32,000 nucleotides of DNA from Crocosphaera subtropica ATCC 51142 (GTDB taxonomy: Bacteria > Cyanobacteriota > Cyanobacteriia > Cyanobacteriales > Microcystaceae): assembly GCF_000017845.1 (NCBI RefSeq), contig NC_010546.1, positions 270,001 to 302,000 on the forward strand, in the 5' to 3' direction. Below are positions 18,235 through 27,615 of the stretch, one piece after another (the stretch's first letter is position 1; every line of letters begins with the position of its first letter). The notes below the pieces were generated by a model. That model had not been told where the DNA came from. It ran no database searches and saw only the letters and a program-made list of their open reading frames with translations. The position numbers and the translations under genes were made by a program.

Positions 18235-20004
18235 ATGAGTCAAACTAAGAAACAATCCAACCTAAAAATTATTCCCTTAGGGGGACTGCACGAAATCGGA
18301 AAAAACACCTGTGTCTTAGAGTACAACGACGAGATTATTCTCATTGATGCGGGTATTGCCTTTCCCACCGAAGAAATGCACGGGGTAAACATTGTTTTAC
18401 CCGATATGACCTATTTACGGGAAAATCGTCATAAAATTAAAGGAATGATCGCGACTCACGGTCACGAAGACCATATCGGTGGTATTCCCTATCATTTGAA
18501 ACAATTTGATATTCCCAAGATTTACGGGCCGAAGTTGGCCATGTCCTTACTCAAAGATAAATTAGAAGAAGCAGGGGTCAGCGATCGCACTAAGCTACAA
18601 ACCGTCAGTCCGAGAGAAATGGTTAGGGTGAGTCCCTCCTTTTTAGTCGAATTCATCCGTAATACTCATTCCATTGCTGATAGCTTCACCATAGCCATTC
18701 ATACACCCTTAGGGGTTGTCATCCACACAGGAGACTTTAAGGTCGATCATACCCCCGTCGATGGAGAATTTTTCGACTTTCAAAAATTAGCTGAACACGG
18801 GGAAAAAGGCGTTCTCTGCTTACTGAGTGACTCCACCAATGCAGAAGTACCCGGCAGTACCCCTTCAGAAAGTTCAGTCTATCCCAACTTAGATCGCATT
18901 ATTGCCCAGGCCGAAGCACGGTTAATGATCACTACCTTTGCCTCTTCGGTGCATCGGGTCAATATCATCTTACAACTAGCACAAAAACATAAGCGCAAAG
19001 TGGCGGTAGTGGGACGTTCGATGTTAAACGTCATCGCCCACGCCAGAGAATTAGGCTATATTAAATGCCCTGACGATCTCTTTGTTTCCCTCAAAGCAGC
19101 CAATAATCTACCCGATGAACAAGTTTTAATTTTAACCACCGGGTCACAGGGAGAAACCTTAGCAGCCCTAACCCGTATCTCTAGAGGATCTCACCGTCAT
19201 ATTAAAGTTCGTCCAGGGGATACCATTGTTTTTTCTGCTAACCCCATTCCAGGGAACACCATTGCGGTAGTAAATACAATCGATCGCCTCATGATGCAAG
19301 GGGCAAAAGTGATTTATGGCCGTCATCATGGAATTCATGTTTCTGGTCATGGTTGTCAAGAAGACCACAAATTGATGTTAGCCCTAACTCGGCCTAAATT
19401 CTTCGTTCCGGTTCACGGGGAACATCGAATGCTGGTTAAACACGCCGAAACCGCTTATAAAATGGGAATTCCGGCCGATAATATTGTCATTATTAACAAC
19501 GGGGACATTGTTGAGGTTTCCGAAGATAGTATTGGCGTAGCAGGAAAAGTTCCTTCAGGGATCGAATTAGTTGATCAAGCCGGTGTGGTTCACGAACACG
19601 TTATGGAAGATCGCCAACAACTTGCTCAAGACGGTGTAGTGACGGTCGCTGCAGCCATTAGTTGGGAAGGCAACTTATTAACCTCCCCCGAAGTGGACTT
19701 ACGAGGTGTAGTGAGTAAGGTGGAATATTCTTTGATCAAACAACTAATTATTCGAGCGATCGAGAATATTTTAGAGAACCGTTGGAACGAGTTCGCTTCA
19801 GGGGATGGCAAAACAGAGGTAGACTGGGACTACTTACAAGAAGAAATTGAAAACACCCTACAAAGGTTAGTGAAACGGGAATTAAGAAGTTATCCCCTGG
19901 TTATTTTCTTGTTACAAACCCCAGAACAGCCTTCTAGACCGGAACCAACCGCTAACCGGAAAGTTTATCGTCGTCGTCGTCCCACGGCTTCAACCGCTTC
20001 TTAA
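18235..20004 (+). CDS. rnj: Ribonuclease J (metallo-beta-lactamase/beta-CASP RNase) with Arg-rich C-terminal tail
   Basis: 589 aa with a strong SD (AAGGAGG). LKIIPLGGLHEIGKNTCVLEY, ATHGHEDHIGG (HxHxDH), beta-CASP and C-terminal domain. Ends ...RKVYRRRRPTASTAS. Confidence 0.9.
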   Translation: MSQTKKQSNLKIIPLGGLHEIGKNTCVLEYNDEIILIDAGIAFPTEEMHGVNIVLPDMTYLRENRHKIKGMIATHGHEDHIGGIPYHLKQFDIPKIYGPKLAMSLLKDKLEEAGVSDRTKLQTVSPREMVRVSPSFLVEFIRNTHSIADSFTIAIHTPLGVVIHTGDFKVDHTPVDGEFFDFQKLAEHGEKGVLCLLSDSTNAEVPGSTPSESSVYPNLDRIIAQAEARLMITTFASSVHRVNIILQLAQKHKRKVAVVGRSMLNVIAHARELGYIKCPDDLFVSLKAANNLPDEQVLILTTGSQGETLAALTRISRGSHRHIKVRPGDTIVFSANPIPGNTIAVVNTIDRLMMQGAKVIYGRHHGIHVSGHGCQEDHKLMLALTRPKFFVPVHGEHRMLVKHAETAYKMGIPADNIVIINNGDIVEVSEDSIGVAGKVPSGIELVDQAGVVHEHVMEDRQQLAQDGVVTVAAAISWEGNLLTSPEVDLRGVVSKVEYSLIKQLIIRAIENILENRWNEFASGDGKTEVDWDYLQEEIENTLQRLVKRELRSYPLVIFLLQTPEQPSRPEPTANRKVYRRRRPTASTAS

Positions 20005-20028
20005 TGTAAGACTTTGTTAATCTTGTTC

Positions 20029-20060
20029 TAGGGGTCAACGGTTGTTGGCCCCTATTTTTA
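20029..20060 (+). terminator. Rho-independent terminator after rnj
   Basis: TAGGGGTCAAC-GGTT-GTTGGCCCCTA hairpin (one mismatch), followed by TTTTTAT. Confidence 0.7.
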
Positions 20061-20154
20061 TAGACAGTTAAAAAAACTGGCCATGGATACAGTTACCTAA
20101 TTAAAATTAATTGATAAAGTAGACAATAAACCATTATTTTGAAACCATAATTCT

Positions 20155-20595
20155 ATGAAATCCGTATCACTTATTTTGTTATTAACCTTAGGGGTTTTTA
20201 ATGTTACTGTAACTCAAGCACAAGATCCCCCTGCTGAAACTTATCAACCGGGTTATTGGCAACCGGTGGCAAGGTTTGATACAAAACGTATCGTAGAAGT
20301 TAATATTATTAATCAAACTGATATCCCAATTGAATTTGATTTAACGGATATAGAAGCCATGAACCCCCAAGCTTTACAACCAGAAGAAACCGGTAATTTA
20401 AAAGGGTTTGGGAATTCAGCTAATATTGTTATTTATCCCTTAGTTAACGATGCAACAGAATTTAATTTACGTTACAAAGTTAATGTGGACGAAGATAAGA
20501 ATATTGTTAATGTATCCGTTGTTAAAGATAAGCCCAGTTTTTTAGGCCATCGTTCCATTAATTTACAAAAAACAGGCGCAATTTATCTTTATTAA
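20155..20595 (+). CDS. Secreted hypothetical protein (Sec signal peptide)
   Basis: 146 aa. N-terminus MKSVSLILLLTLGVFNVTVTQAQ-DPP has n/h/c regions and an AxA-like cleavage site. No family recognised. Confidence 0.6.
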   Translation: MKSVSLILLLTLGVFNVTVTQAQDPPAETYQPGYWQPVARFDTKRIVEVNIINQTDIPIEFDLTDIEAMNPQALQPEETGNLKGFGNSANIVIYPLVNDATEFNLRYKVNVDEDKNIVNVSVVKDKPSFLGHRSINLQKTGAIYLY

Positions 20596-20607
20596 AGCAT
20601 TAGCTAA

Positions 20608-20688
20608 TGCGGACGGAGAGACTCGAACTCTCACGCCAAAGACACTAGAACCTAAATCTAGCGCGTCTACCAATTCCGCCACGTCCGC
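20608..20688 (-). tRNA. tRNA-Leu (anticodon UAG), class II with long variable arm, no encoded CCA
   Basis: Minus strand reads GCGGACG-UG-GCG..GAAUUGGUAGA..CGC-G-CUAGA-UUUAGGU-UCUAG-UGUCUUUGGCGU-GAGAG-UUCGAGU-CUCUC-CGUCCGC-A. This gives a complete cloverleaf with T-loop UUCGAGU and anticodon loop UU-UAG-GU. Confidence 0.9.
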
Positions 20689-20769
20689 ATTTTGTTGTCC
20701 GACTTATAATGATAACACATTCTTGCTGCCAAACAGATAAATTCCTTGAGGGACTCCAAGGATTCTTAA

Positions 20770-22842
20770 TTATTTTTTTCGTTTTCCTCGTGCTTTTTCT
20801 TTGGTTTGACTAGAACTGACAATATTTTGATTAGATCGTTGATTTTGCACCTGATCAATATAAATGGGAATCGTAAAGTGGAACTTACTACCATGATCTT
20901 TGCCTTGGGACTCAGCCCAAATTTTTCCACCCCAACCCCGAACAATTTGACGACAGATCGCTAACCCTAACCCAGTTCCCCCTGTACTGCGCCGTAATGC
21001 CCCTTCTTCCTGGTAAAAACGATCAAAGACGGTTTCTAAGCGTTTCGGTTCGATTCCTCGCCCTGTATCAGCTACTGTAACCTCTAAATGGTGAGGACTA
21101 TTACAACTAACCTCGATGGTGATTTTTCCCTCTTCGCTGGTAAATTTGCAAGCGTTGTCCAGTAGTTTAGCCAAGACTTCTACTAACCATTCTCCGTCTG
21201 CTTTAACTAAGGGTAATTCCTCCATTACCAAATTTTCAATGTTAGGGAGTTTTGTCTCCTTATGACGGGCCCTCACATTGCTTAAAGATAATTCGACACA
21301 TTCATGCAAATCTAAGGCTTCAATATTCCATTCTACTCGTCCACTTTCTAATTGGGATAAAGTGAGGAAATCTTGTACCAGCTTTCGCATTCGTTCAGCA
21401 TCTTGTAAAGCGGTATTAAGCATGACTTGGCGCAACTCAGGGGACATATCTGGTTCTGAGGCCAAACTTTCTAAACACACTTGAATGGTGGATAGTGGAG
21501 TGCGTAATTCATGGCCAGTGATAGCCACTAAATTAGAACGAGTGCGATCGAGGGCTTCTAATTGTTCATTGAGATCCTGAAGATTAGCATAGGCTTCTGC
21601 TTGGATGAGGGCTACCCCAATTTGTGTGGCGATCGCATTTACTAAGGCCACATCTTCTTCTTTCCAGGTAATGGGTTTAGGACCACAATGATGCAACTCC
21701 AACATTCCCAACAGTCGACCACGATAGAAAATCGGTACTAACATCCAGGATAAGATCGAACAGCTACTCACTAATGTTTGTAAAGATTGTCCCAATGAGG
21801 TTGTTTCTCCTTTTCCATTAGCCAAGCGAGGATCGCTGGTAGCGTTATCGATGGTTAAAGCATCTCGTAACTCAACCACCTCTTGAAATAAAGGATTATG
21901 TCGTAGCGGCCAAGTTTGTCCCTTAATAGAGGGAATGCCTTGGTTGAGAAATTCGTGTTCAATGGTGGCTGTCGCGTCTGTTTCCTTGCAGCGATACACT
22001 AAACAACGACAGACCCCTAACCCTTCTCCTAACTTCTGCACGGCAATTTGGAGAATTTCGTCAGGATCAAGGGATAAACGAATAGCTGTGGTAACTGAGT
22101 TGATTAGTCTTTCTTTATGTTCTTTGGTCGCCAGAGAACGATTCGCTTTGATGAGTTTATATTGCCCTGCTTGCAAATAAGTCACTAACCGTTGCACAAA
22201 AGGATCGGGGTTATTTTTAGTCACATCCCAAGTTGTGTTATCCACATCTTCGGTTTTAGTCGACCCACCCCTTAGGATATCAAGGGGGATATATTGGTCA
22301 TAGGCTTGTTGAACTTTGTTTTCTAGTTCGGGGCGATAATCAACAATTGTATTTAAGAGAATATTAGCAGCCTGTTGAGTCACTTGACGATCAAAAGTCC
22401 AAATCCCTTCAAAACGACGATGATTATCCATATCCGCCGTCATTTCTTTATTTTGAGCGGTACTTTTTTCTTGACAAATTAAACAACTGGCATAATTGGT
22501 TCCTAGAACAATTAAATGCCATTCTTGAGCTAAGGGATCATCTGTATCAAAAGCGACGGTTTCATAGTCCTGGGAACGGTGTTTAAAGTCTGTTTCTGGG
22601 GCTGCCAAGACATAGACTTGATTGCTTTTTTGGGCAATTCGTCGATATCGTTGGGCTTCTTGACGATAAAATCGTTCTCGTTGAAAACTGGCGATGACTA
22701 ACGGTTGTTCTGATCCTGCTAATACCTGATCTTCCATAGCATGAGACAGGGCAGTTAAGGAAGCCTTAAAATACATCTGAGGCCGCCATTGAGGAAAAAT
22801 TTGCAGTAGTTGTGTTAAAACCGATTTTGATCTGCTCATCAA
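20770..22842 (-). CDS. Sensor histidine kinase, soluble, DICT - GAF - HisKA - HATPase_c architecture
   Basis: 690 aa. The N-terminal segment YFKASLTALSHAMEDQVLAGSEQPLVIASFQRERFYRQEAQRYRRIA resembles the DICT domain, a central GAF-like region follows, and there is no obvious TM segment. Kinase boxes:
- H-box: ITGHELRTPLS
- N-box: KLLDNACKFT
- G1: DTGRGI
- G2: GGTGLGLAICRQIV. Confidence 0.8.
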   Translation of the reverse strand: MMSRSKSVLTQLLQIFPQWRPQMYFKASLTALSHAMEDQVLAGSEQPLVIASFQRERFYRQEAQRYRRIAQKSNQVYVLAAPETDFKHRSQDYETVAFDTDDPLAQEWHLIVLGTNYASCLICQEKSTAQNKEMTADMDNHRRFEGIWTFDRQVTQQAANILLNTIVDYRPELENKVQQAYDQYIPLDILRGGSTKTEDVDNTTWDVTKNNPDPFVQRLVTYLQAGQYKLIKANRSLATKEHKERLINSVTTAIRLSLDPDEILQIAVQKLGEGLGVCRCLVYRCKETDATATIEHEFLNQGIPSIKGQTWPLRHNPLFQEVVELRDALTIDNATSDPRLANGKGETTSLGQSLQTLVSSCSILSWMLVPIFYRGRLLGMLELHHCGPKPITWKEEDVALVNAIATQIGVALIQAEAYANLQDLNEQLEALDRTRSNLVAITGHELRTPLSTIQVCLESLASEPDMSPELRQVMLNTALQDAERMRKLVQDFLTLSQLESGRVEWNIEALDLHECVELSLSNVRARHKETKLPNIENLVMEELPLVKADGEWLVEVLAKLLDNACKFTSEEGKITIEVSCNSPHHLEVTVADTGRGIEPKRLETVFDRFYQEEGALRRSTGGTGLGLAICRQIVRGWGGKIWAESQGKDHGSKFHFTIPIYIDQVQNQRSNQNIVSSSQTKEKARGKRKK

Positions 22843-23221
22843 TGATTGTGTCCGAGGTATCCTAGCAAAATCGAGGTTCTCTTGCCATTCTATCTCAAAT
22901 GGAGCCAGAGAATTGCCCCGACTATAAAGGTTATAGGGTGAGTCTGTTGAAATAATCGATAATCATAATGACTTTATCTTATCGAGTTCAGGAGGCATTC
23001 AGTCCACTGTTCCTAAAAGTAGCAGAAAAAATCAACGGTCATTTTGAGGGAGTATTCTCTTAACAATTCTTAATATATGGGGGTTGAAGTCCTTATTTTA
23101 TCTGGGAAATTTAACAATTTGACAACGATTTGAGAAATCATGCTTATAATCGGTACAGGATTCATTATGATCTGAACATACTTCTTAGTTAACGTTTACA
23201 TTTAGTTATCATTTTGTTGCA

Positions 23222-23962
23222 ATGCCTCGAATACTCGTAATTGAAGATGACGATGCCATTAGAGACCTTATCGCCACCAACCTAGAGATGGCGGGTTATG
23301 ACATCAAACAAGCCCCAGACGGCATTAAAGGACAGGCGTTAGCCGTTCAATTACAGCCTGATTTAATCATGCTGGATTTAATGTTGCCCAAAGTGGATGG
23401 GTTTACCGTTTGTCAAAGACTGCGACGGGACGACCGAACCGCCGATATTCCGGTGTTAATGTTATCCGCTTTAGGTCAAACCCAAGACAAAGTCGAAGGG
23501 TTTAATGCCGGGGCTGATGATTATTTAACCAAACCCTTCGAGTTAGCAGAAATGCTGGCCAGGGTACGGGCTTTACTCAGACGAACCGATCGCATTCCTC
23601 AAGCGGCCAAACATTCGGAAATCTTGAATTATGGTCCGTTGACCTTAATTCCGGAACGATTTGAAGCCATTTGGTTTGAGGATACTGTCAAGTTAACTCA
23701 TTTAGAATTTGAGTTACTGCACTGTTTACTACAGCGTCATGGCCAAACGGTGTCCCCTAGCGAAATTCTCAAGGAAGTGTGGGGTTATGATCCCGATGAC
23801 GATATTGAGACGATTCGTGTTCATATTCGTCATTTGCGAACAAAATTGGAACCCGATCCTAGACATCCTTGCTACATCAAAACCGTTTACGGGGCTGGTT
23901 ACTGTTTGGAGTTACCGAGTTCTGAACAGTTACCTTTGTCTACTGATGCTGCAGTGGTGTAA
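23222..23962 (+). CDS. rpaA: OmpR-family response regulator RpaA (circadian clock output regulator)
   Basis: 246 aa. [27 protein letters not shown]...[84 protein letters not shown] is near-identical in pattern to RpaA of Synechococcus/Synechocystis as I recall it. The C-terminus is a winged-helix domain. Confidence 0.8.
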   Translation: MPRILVIEDDDAIRDLIATNLEMAGYDIKQAPDGIKGQALAVQLQPDLIMLDLMLPKVDGFTVCQRLRRDDRTADIPVLMLSALGQTQDKVEGFNAGADDYLTKPFELAEMLARVRALLRRTDRIPQAAKHSEILNYGPLTLIPERFEAIWFEDTVKLTHLEFELLHCLLQRHGQTVSPSEILKEVWGYDPDDDIETIRVHIRHLRTKLEPDPRHPCYIKTVYGAGYCLELPSSEQLPLSTDAAVV

Positions 23963-24118
23963 ATGGTTCCGAAATGTAGGGATTTGTTGGTGACACAATC
24001 CCTGAATGATGTGGAAGTGGGGGGGACATCTTAAACATCGGTTCCCTAAAACAAGTAACAGATGGATTAAGATGGTAGATTCAAGGATCAAACCATTAAG
24101 GAATCATCGTTTCCATTT

Positions 24119-25783
24119 ATGTCACCCCCCATTCAACTTCTTTCCCCTGAGATTGTTAATTTAATCGCAGCCGGAGAAGTGATTGACTCGTTAGCTGCTG
24201 TTGTTCGTGAATTGGTGGAAAATGCCATTGATGCAGAGGCTACTCGCTTAACCATTTCAATTGTTCCTGAACTGTGGCAGGTTACGGTGGCTGATAATGG
24301 CAGGGGAATGTCTTTAGAGAATTTACGTCACTGTGCTAAAGCCCATCATACTAGCAAAATTTGTGACTTAGACGATCTTTGGAAAATTACCAGTTTGGGG
24401 TTTAGGGGAGAAGCTTTATTTAGTATTACTCAAGTCGGCCAGTTAACCATCAAAAGTCGAGACGCTACGGGCTATCAAGTGGGATGGTGTGTTGATTATA
24501 ATCAGCAAGGGGAAATTATCAAAGAGCAAACCTCTCCAATGGCATCAGGAACCATTGTGACGGCTTCTAACCTCTTTGGGACTATTCCTGTACGTCGTCA
24601 AGGTTTACCCACCATAAAGCAGCAATTAAAGGCAATACAGGGCATGATTGACAATATGTCTTTGTGTCATCCCCAAATTACCTGGCAAGTTTATCACAAT
24701 CATCAATCTTGGCTGACCATCAGTCCAGGGAAAACCCCACAGCAGATTTTACCCCAGTTACTGAAGTCGGTTCATTTTCATGATTTACAGTTTCTCTGTG
24801 AGACAATTATTACCCCTTCCCAAGAACAAGCTAAACTAGAAATGGTGTTAGGGTTGCCTGATCGAACTTCACGGGGCCGTTTAGATTGGCTGAAAATAGC
24901 CGTTAATGGCCGTGTGGTGCGATCGCCTCGCCTAGAACAAACGATATTAGCTGGGTTAAGTCGTACGCTACCGAAAGGTCGTTTTCCCGTTAGTTTTCTC
25001 CATTTTAAGATACCACCGTCGGAAATCGATTGGAATCGTCATCCTGCTAAAACCGAAATTTATTTACAATCTTTGGAATTTTGGCAAGAAAAAGTTACAG
25101 AAATTATTGAAAAAGCGTTAAAATTGTCCCCTCTGACTATTACTACAGTCGGACAAAACCAGCGTGTTAAAAAGCTACTCAAAGCGTCAGAAAATAAAGG
25201 AGTTTATAATGTTGGAACTTCTCATGTCAATGAATTAGACTTAATCAAATTGAGGGCAGTGGGACAAGTTAATAAAACCTACATTGTTGCCGAACATTCC
25301 CAAGGTTTATGGTTAGTTGAACAACATATTGCTCACGAAAGAGTGTTATATGAACAGTTACAAGATCAATGGCAATTAATTCCTGTCGAACAAGCCATTA
25401 TTTTAACTCAATTATCGACCAAACAAGTAGAACAATTAGAAAGAATTGGTATAGATATTGAACCTTTTGGAGAAAATACTTGGGCAGTTCGTAATGTTCC
25501 AAAATTATTAGAAAATAGAGAAGATTGTCCAGACGCTTTAATTGAATTAAGTTTAGGGGGAGACTTAGAAACGGCACAAGTAGCAGTCGCTTGTCGCAGT
25601 GCTATTCGTAATGGAGTGTTGTTAGATTTAGCACAAATGCAAGACCTTTTAGATAGTTGGAAAAAAACCCGAAATCCTCGAACTTGTCCCCACGGAAGAC
25701 CCATTTATTTGTCTTTAGAAGAATCATCTTTATCACGGTTTTTTCGTCGTCATTGGGTCATTGGAAAAAGTCATGGTATTTAA
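24119..25783 (+). CDS. mutL: DNA mismatch repair endonuclease MutL
   Basis: 554 aa. GHKL N-terminus (IAAGEVIDSLAAVVRELVENAIDA, DNGRGM, GFRGEAL). C-terminal endonuclease motif EQHIAHERVLYE and Zn motif CPHGRP. Confidence 0.92.
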   Translation: MSPPIQLLSPEIVNLIAAGEVIDSLAAVVRELVENAIDAEATRLTISIVPELWQVTVADNGRGMSLENLRHCAKAHHTSKICDLDDLWKITSLGFRGEALFSITQVGQLTIKSRDATGYQVGWCVDYNQQGEIIKEQTSPMASGTIVTASNLFGTIPVRRQGLPTIKQQLKAIQGMIDNMSLCHPQITWQVYHNHQSWLTISPGKTPQQILPQLLKSVHFHDLQFLCETIITPSQEQAKLEMVLGLPDRTSRGRLDWLKIAVNGRVVRSPRLEQTILAGLSRTLPKGRFPVSFLHFKIPPSEIDWNRHPAKTEIYLQSLEFWQEKVTEIIEKALKLSPLTITTVGQNQRVKKLLKASENKGVYNVGTSHVNELDLIKLRAVGQVNKTYIVAEHSQGLWLVEQHIAHERVLYEQLQDQWQLIPVEQAIILTQLSTKQVEQLERIGIDIEPFGENTWAVRNVPKLLENREDCPDALIELSLGGDLETAQVAVACRSAIRNGVLLDLAQMQDLLDSWKKTRNPRTCPHGRPIYLSLEESSLSRFFRRHWVIGKSHGI

Positions 25784-25878
25784 TAATTAATTATTTCCTA
25801 CCTTTTTTAAAACAAAGGGTTTATACTAGATTAATAAAAACTTGAATAGAGTTGAATAGGAGTTAAATAGTTCATCAG

Positions 25879-26229
25879 ATGAAAATTATTTTCGTTTACA
25901 ATGCTAATAGTGGTTTAATGAATACAGTTTTAGATATCGGACATAAAATTATTAGTCCAGAAACTTATAACTGTAACCTTTGTAATATTACCTATGGCAT
26001 ATTAAAAGAAAAAGAAGAATGGAAAGCATTTCGGGAAGCATCAGAACATGAGTTAGAATTTTTACACAAAGATGAATTTGAACAAAAATATAAACAAGCT
26101 AGAGACTATCCTATTATTTTAATGAGTAACAAAAAGAATGAATTATATGAACTCATTAATAAGCACGAATTAAATAAAATGGAAGATGTGCAAGAATTAA
26201 TTCAAAACCTGAAAAATAGTATCAAATAA
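25879..26229 (+). CDS. Small conserved hypothetical protein with CxxC motif
   Basis: 116 aa. MKIIFVYNANSGLMNTVLDIGHKIISPETYNCNLCNITYG... Protein-like composition. I do not recognise a named family. Confidence 0.6.
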   Translation: MKIIFVYNANSGLMNTVLDIGHKIISPETYNCNLCNITYGILKEKEEWKAFREASEHELEFLHKDEFEQKYKQARDYPIILMSNKKNELYELINKHELNKMEDVQELIQNLKNSIK

Positions 26230-26344
26230 CCTTGTTATGGAAATTATCAGGAAACTTAGGATAAAAAGTGTCTACCCAATAAGAATGTAAAATGCTATAT
26301 TGTCAACAGTTACTATGAAAAAATATATCTAATCAACTGATAAA

Positions 26345-27544
26345 ATGACGACTGCACCTTTAAGCTGGACAGAACTGGAAACCCTGACTAATTGGACGAT
26401 AGATAATATTAATGGTCCGACTAACTCCCAAGCTATTTTACGATTATTTGGTCATCAAGAAAGTGATATTAGAGTCACCCTTTATCGTGATAATCATGCT
26501 TGGTGTCCCTACTGTCAGAAAGTTTGGTTATGGTTAGAAGAAAAACAAATTCCCTACCGCATCAAGAAAGTTACCATGTTTTGTTACGGACAAAAAGAAC
26601 GATGGTATAAAAAAATTGTACCATCCGGTATGCTTCCGGCCGTTGAATTAGATGGACGTTTAATTACCGAAAGTGATGATATTTTACTGGCCTTAGAAAC
26701 AGCATTTGGTCCGTTAACCCATAGCATGAAAGATGCAAACGTTATCCCTTTGCGACAGTTAGAACGGTTATTATTTCGGGCCTGGTGTACTTGGTTATGT
26801 TATCCCACTTGGTCACAAACACAAGAACAACAAAACCGTGAACAGTTTGTTAAAGTTGTGTCCATGGTAGAACAAGCGTTACGAAACACCCCAAGTCCCT
26901 ATTTTCTGGAGGCGTTTGGCACAGTGGATGTCATTTTCACTCCCTATGTAGAGCGCATGAACGCCAGCTTATACTATTATAAAGGCTACTCTTTACGGGA
27001 AGAAAATAATCGTCTTGGTCAGTGGTTTGATGGAATGGAAACCCGTTCCACTTATAGGGGGACTCAAAGCGACTTTCATACCCATGTCCATGACTTACCC
27101 CCACAAATGGGTGGATGTTACAGTAATGGGGAAGAACAGACGAAAATTAATCAAGACAGGGTAGATAATGGGCCTTGGTTTGGGTTACCGGATGTGATGT
27201 ATGCTGAACCCGAAACCTCCTGTCAAGAAGCCTTGCAACGAGTAATTAAACACCGTCATAATATTATTCGGGTTAACCCTGGAGAAGATAGGATGTTTGA
27301 TGAAGCGTTACGTTGTGCTTTAACCACTATGATGACACAGGAAAGTTGTCAACCCCCAAGAGGATCGGATGTGGCGTTACGGTACTTACGAGATAGAATT
27401 AATGTACCACGGGATATGTCCATCTATGCAGGGAAACGGCTAAGAGAGGCATTAGAAACCACAGCCAGTTTAGTGGGCGATCGCCAAGGTATCCCTATTC
27501 CGATTAAACATCGACGGGATCAAGATCCGACTAATTTTATCTAA
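26345..27544 (+). CDS. Glutathione S-transferase / glutaredoxin-2-like family protein (CPYC active-site motif)
   Basis: 399 aa. The N-terminal thioredoxin-fold GST_N-like region is [33 protein letters not shown]...[17 protein letters not shown], followed by a long helical C-terminal region. Confidence 0.7.
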   Translation: MTTAPLSWTELETLTNWTIDNINGPTNSQAILRLFGHQESDIRVTLYRDNHAWCPYCQKVWLWLEEKQIPYRIKKVTMFCYGQKERWYKKIVPSGMLPAVELDGRLITESDDILLALETAFGPLTHSMKDANVIPLRQLERLLFRAWCTWLCYPTWSQTQEQQNREQFVKVVSMVEQALRNTPSPYFLEAFGTVDVIFTPYVERMNASLYYYKGYSLREENNRLGQWFDGMETRSTYRGTQSDFHTHVHDLPPQMGGCYSNGEEQTKINQDRVDNGPWFGLPDVMYAEPETSCQEALQRVIKHRHNIIRVNPGEDRMFDEALRCALTTMMTQESCQPPRGSDVALRYLRDRINVPRDMSIYAGKRLREALETTASLVGDRQGIPIPIKHRRDQDPTNFI

Positions 27545-27554
27545 ACCATAGTAC

Positions 27555-27585
27555 AAATAAAAAGGTGCGTTTTTAACGCACCCCA
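27555..27585 (-). terminator. Rho-independent terminator at the end of the nrt/cmp-type operon (may also stop the convergent GST-like gene)
   Basis: Stem GGTGCGT (27564-27570) / ACGCACC (27576-27582) with a 5-nt loop. On the minus strand it is followed by TTTTTATTTG. Confidence 0.75.
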
Positions 27586-27615
27586 AAGTCATGCAAATAA
27601 CGCTTAAATTAGGGA

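Noticed and set aside
23119-23150. TTGACA (23119-23124) and TATAAT (23145-23150) hexamers upstream of rpaA as a sigma70 promoter
   Set aside because: The spacer is 20 nt, outside the functional 16-18 nt range. The TATAAT alone may still be a -10 element, but I cannot support the pair as a promoter.
23978-24003. Hairpin AGGGATT...AATCCCT just downstream of the rpaA stop as a terminator
   Set aside because: No U-tract follows (GAATGATG), so it does not qualify as an intrinsic terminator. rpaA-mutL read-through cannot be excluded.
26287-26300. NtcA-like box GTA-N8-TAT upstream of the GST-like gene
   Set aside because: The second half-site is imperfect (TAT, not TAC). The distance to the nearest -10-like hexamer (TACTAT, 26311-26316) is about 10 nt instead of the ~22 nt seen in NtcA-activated promoters.
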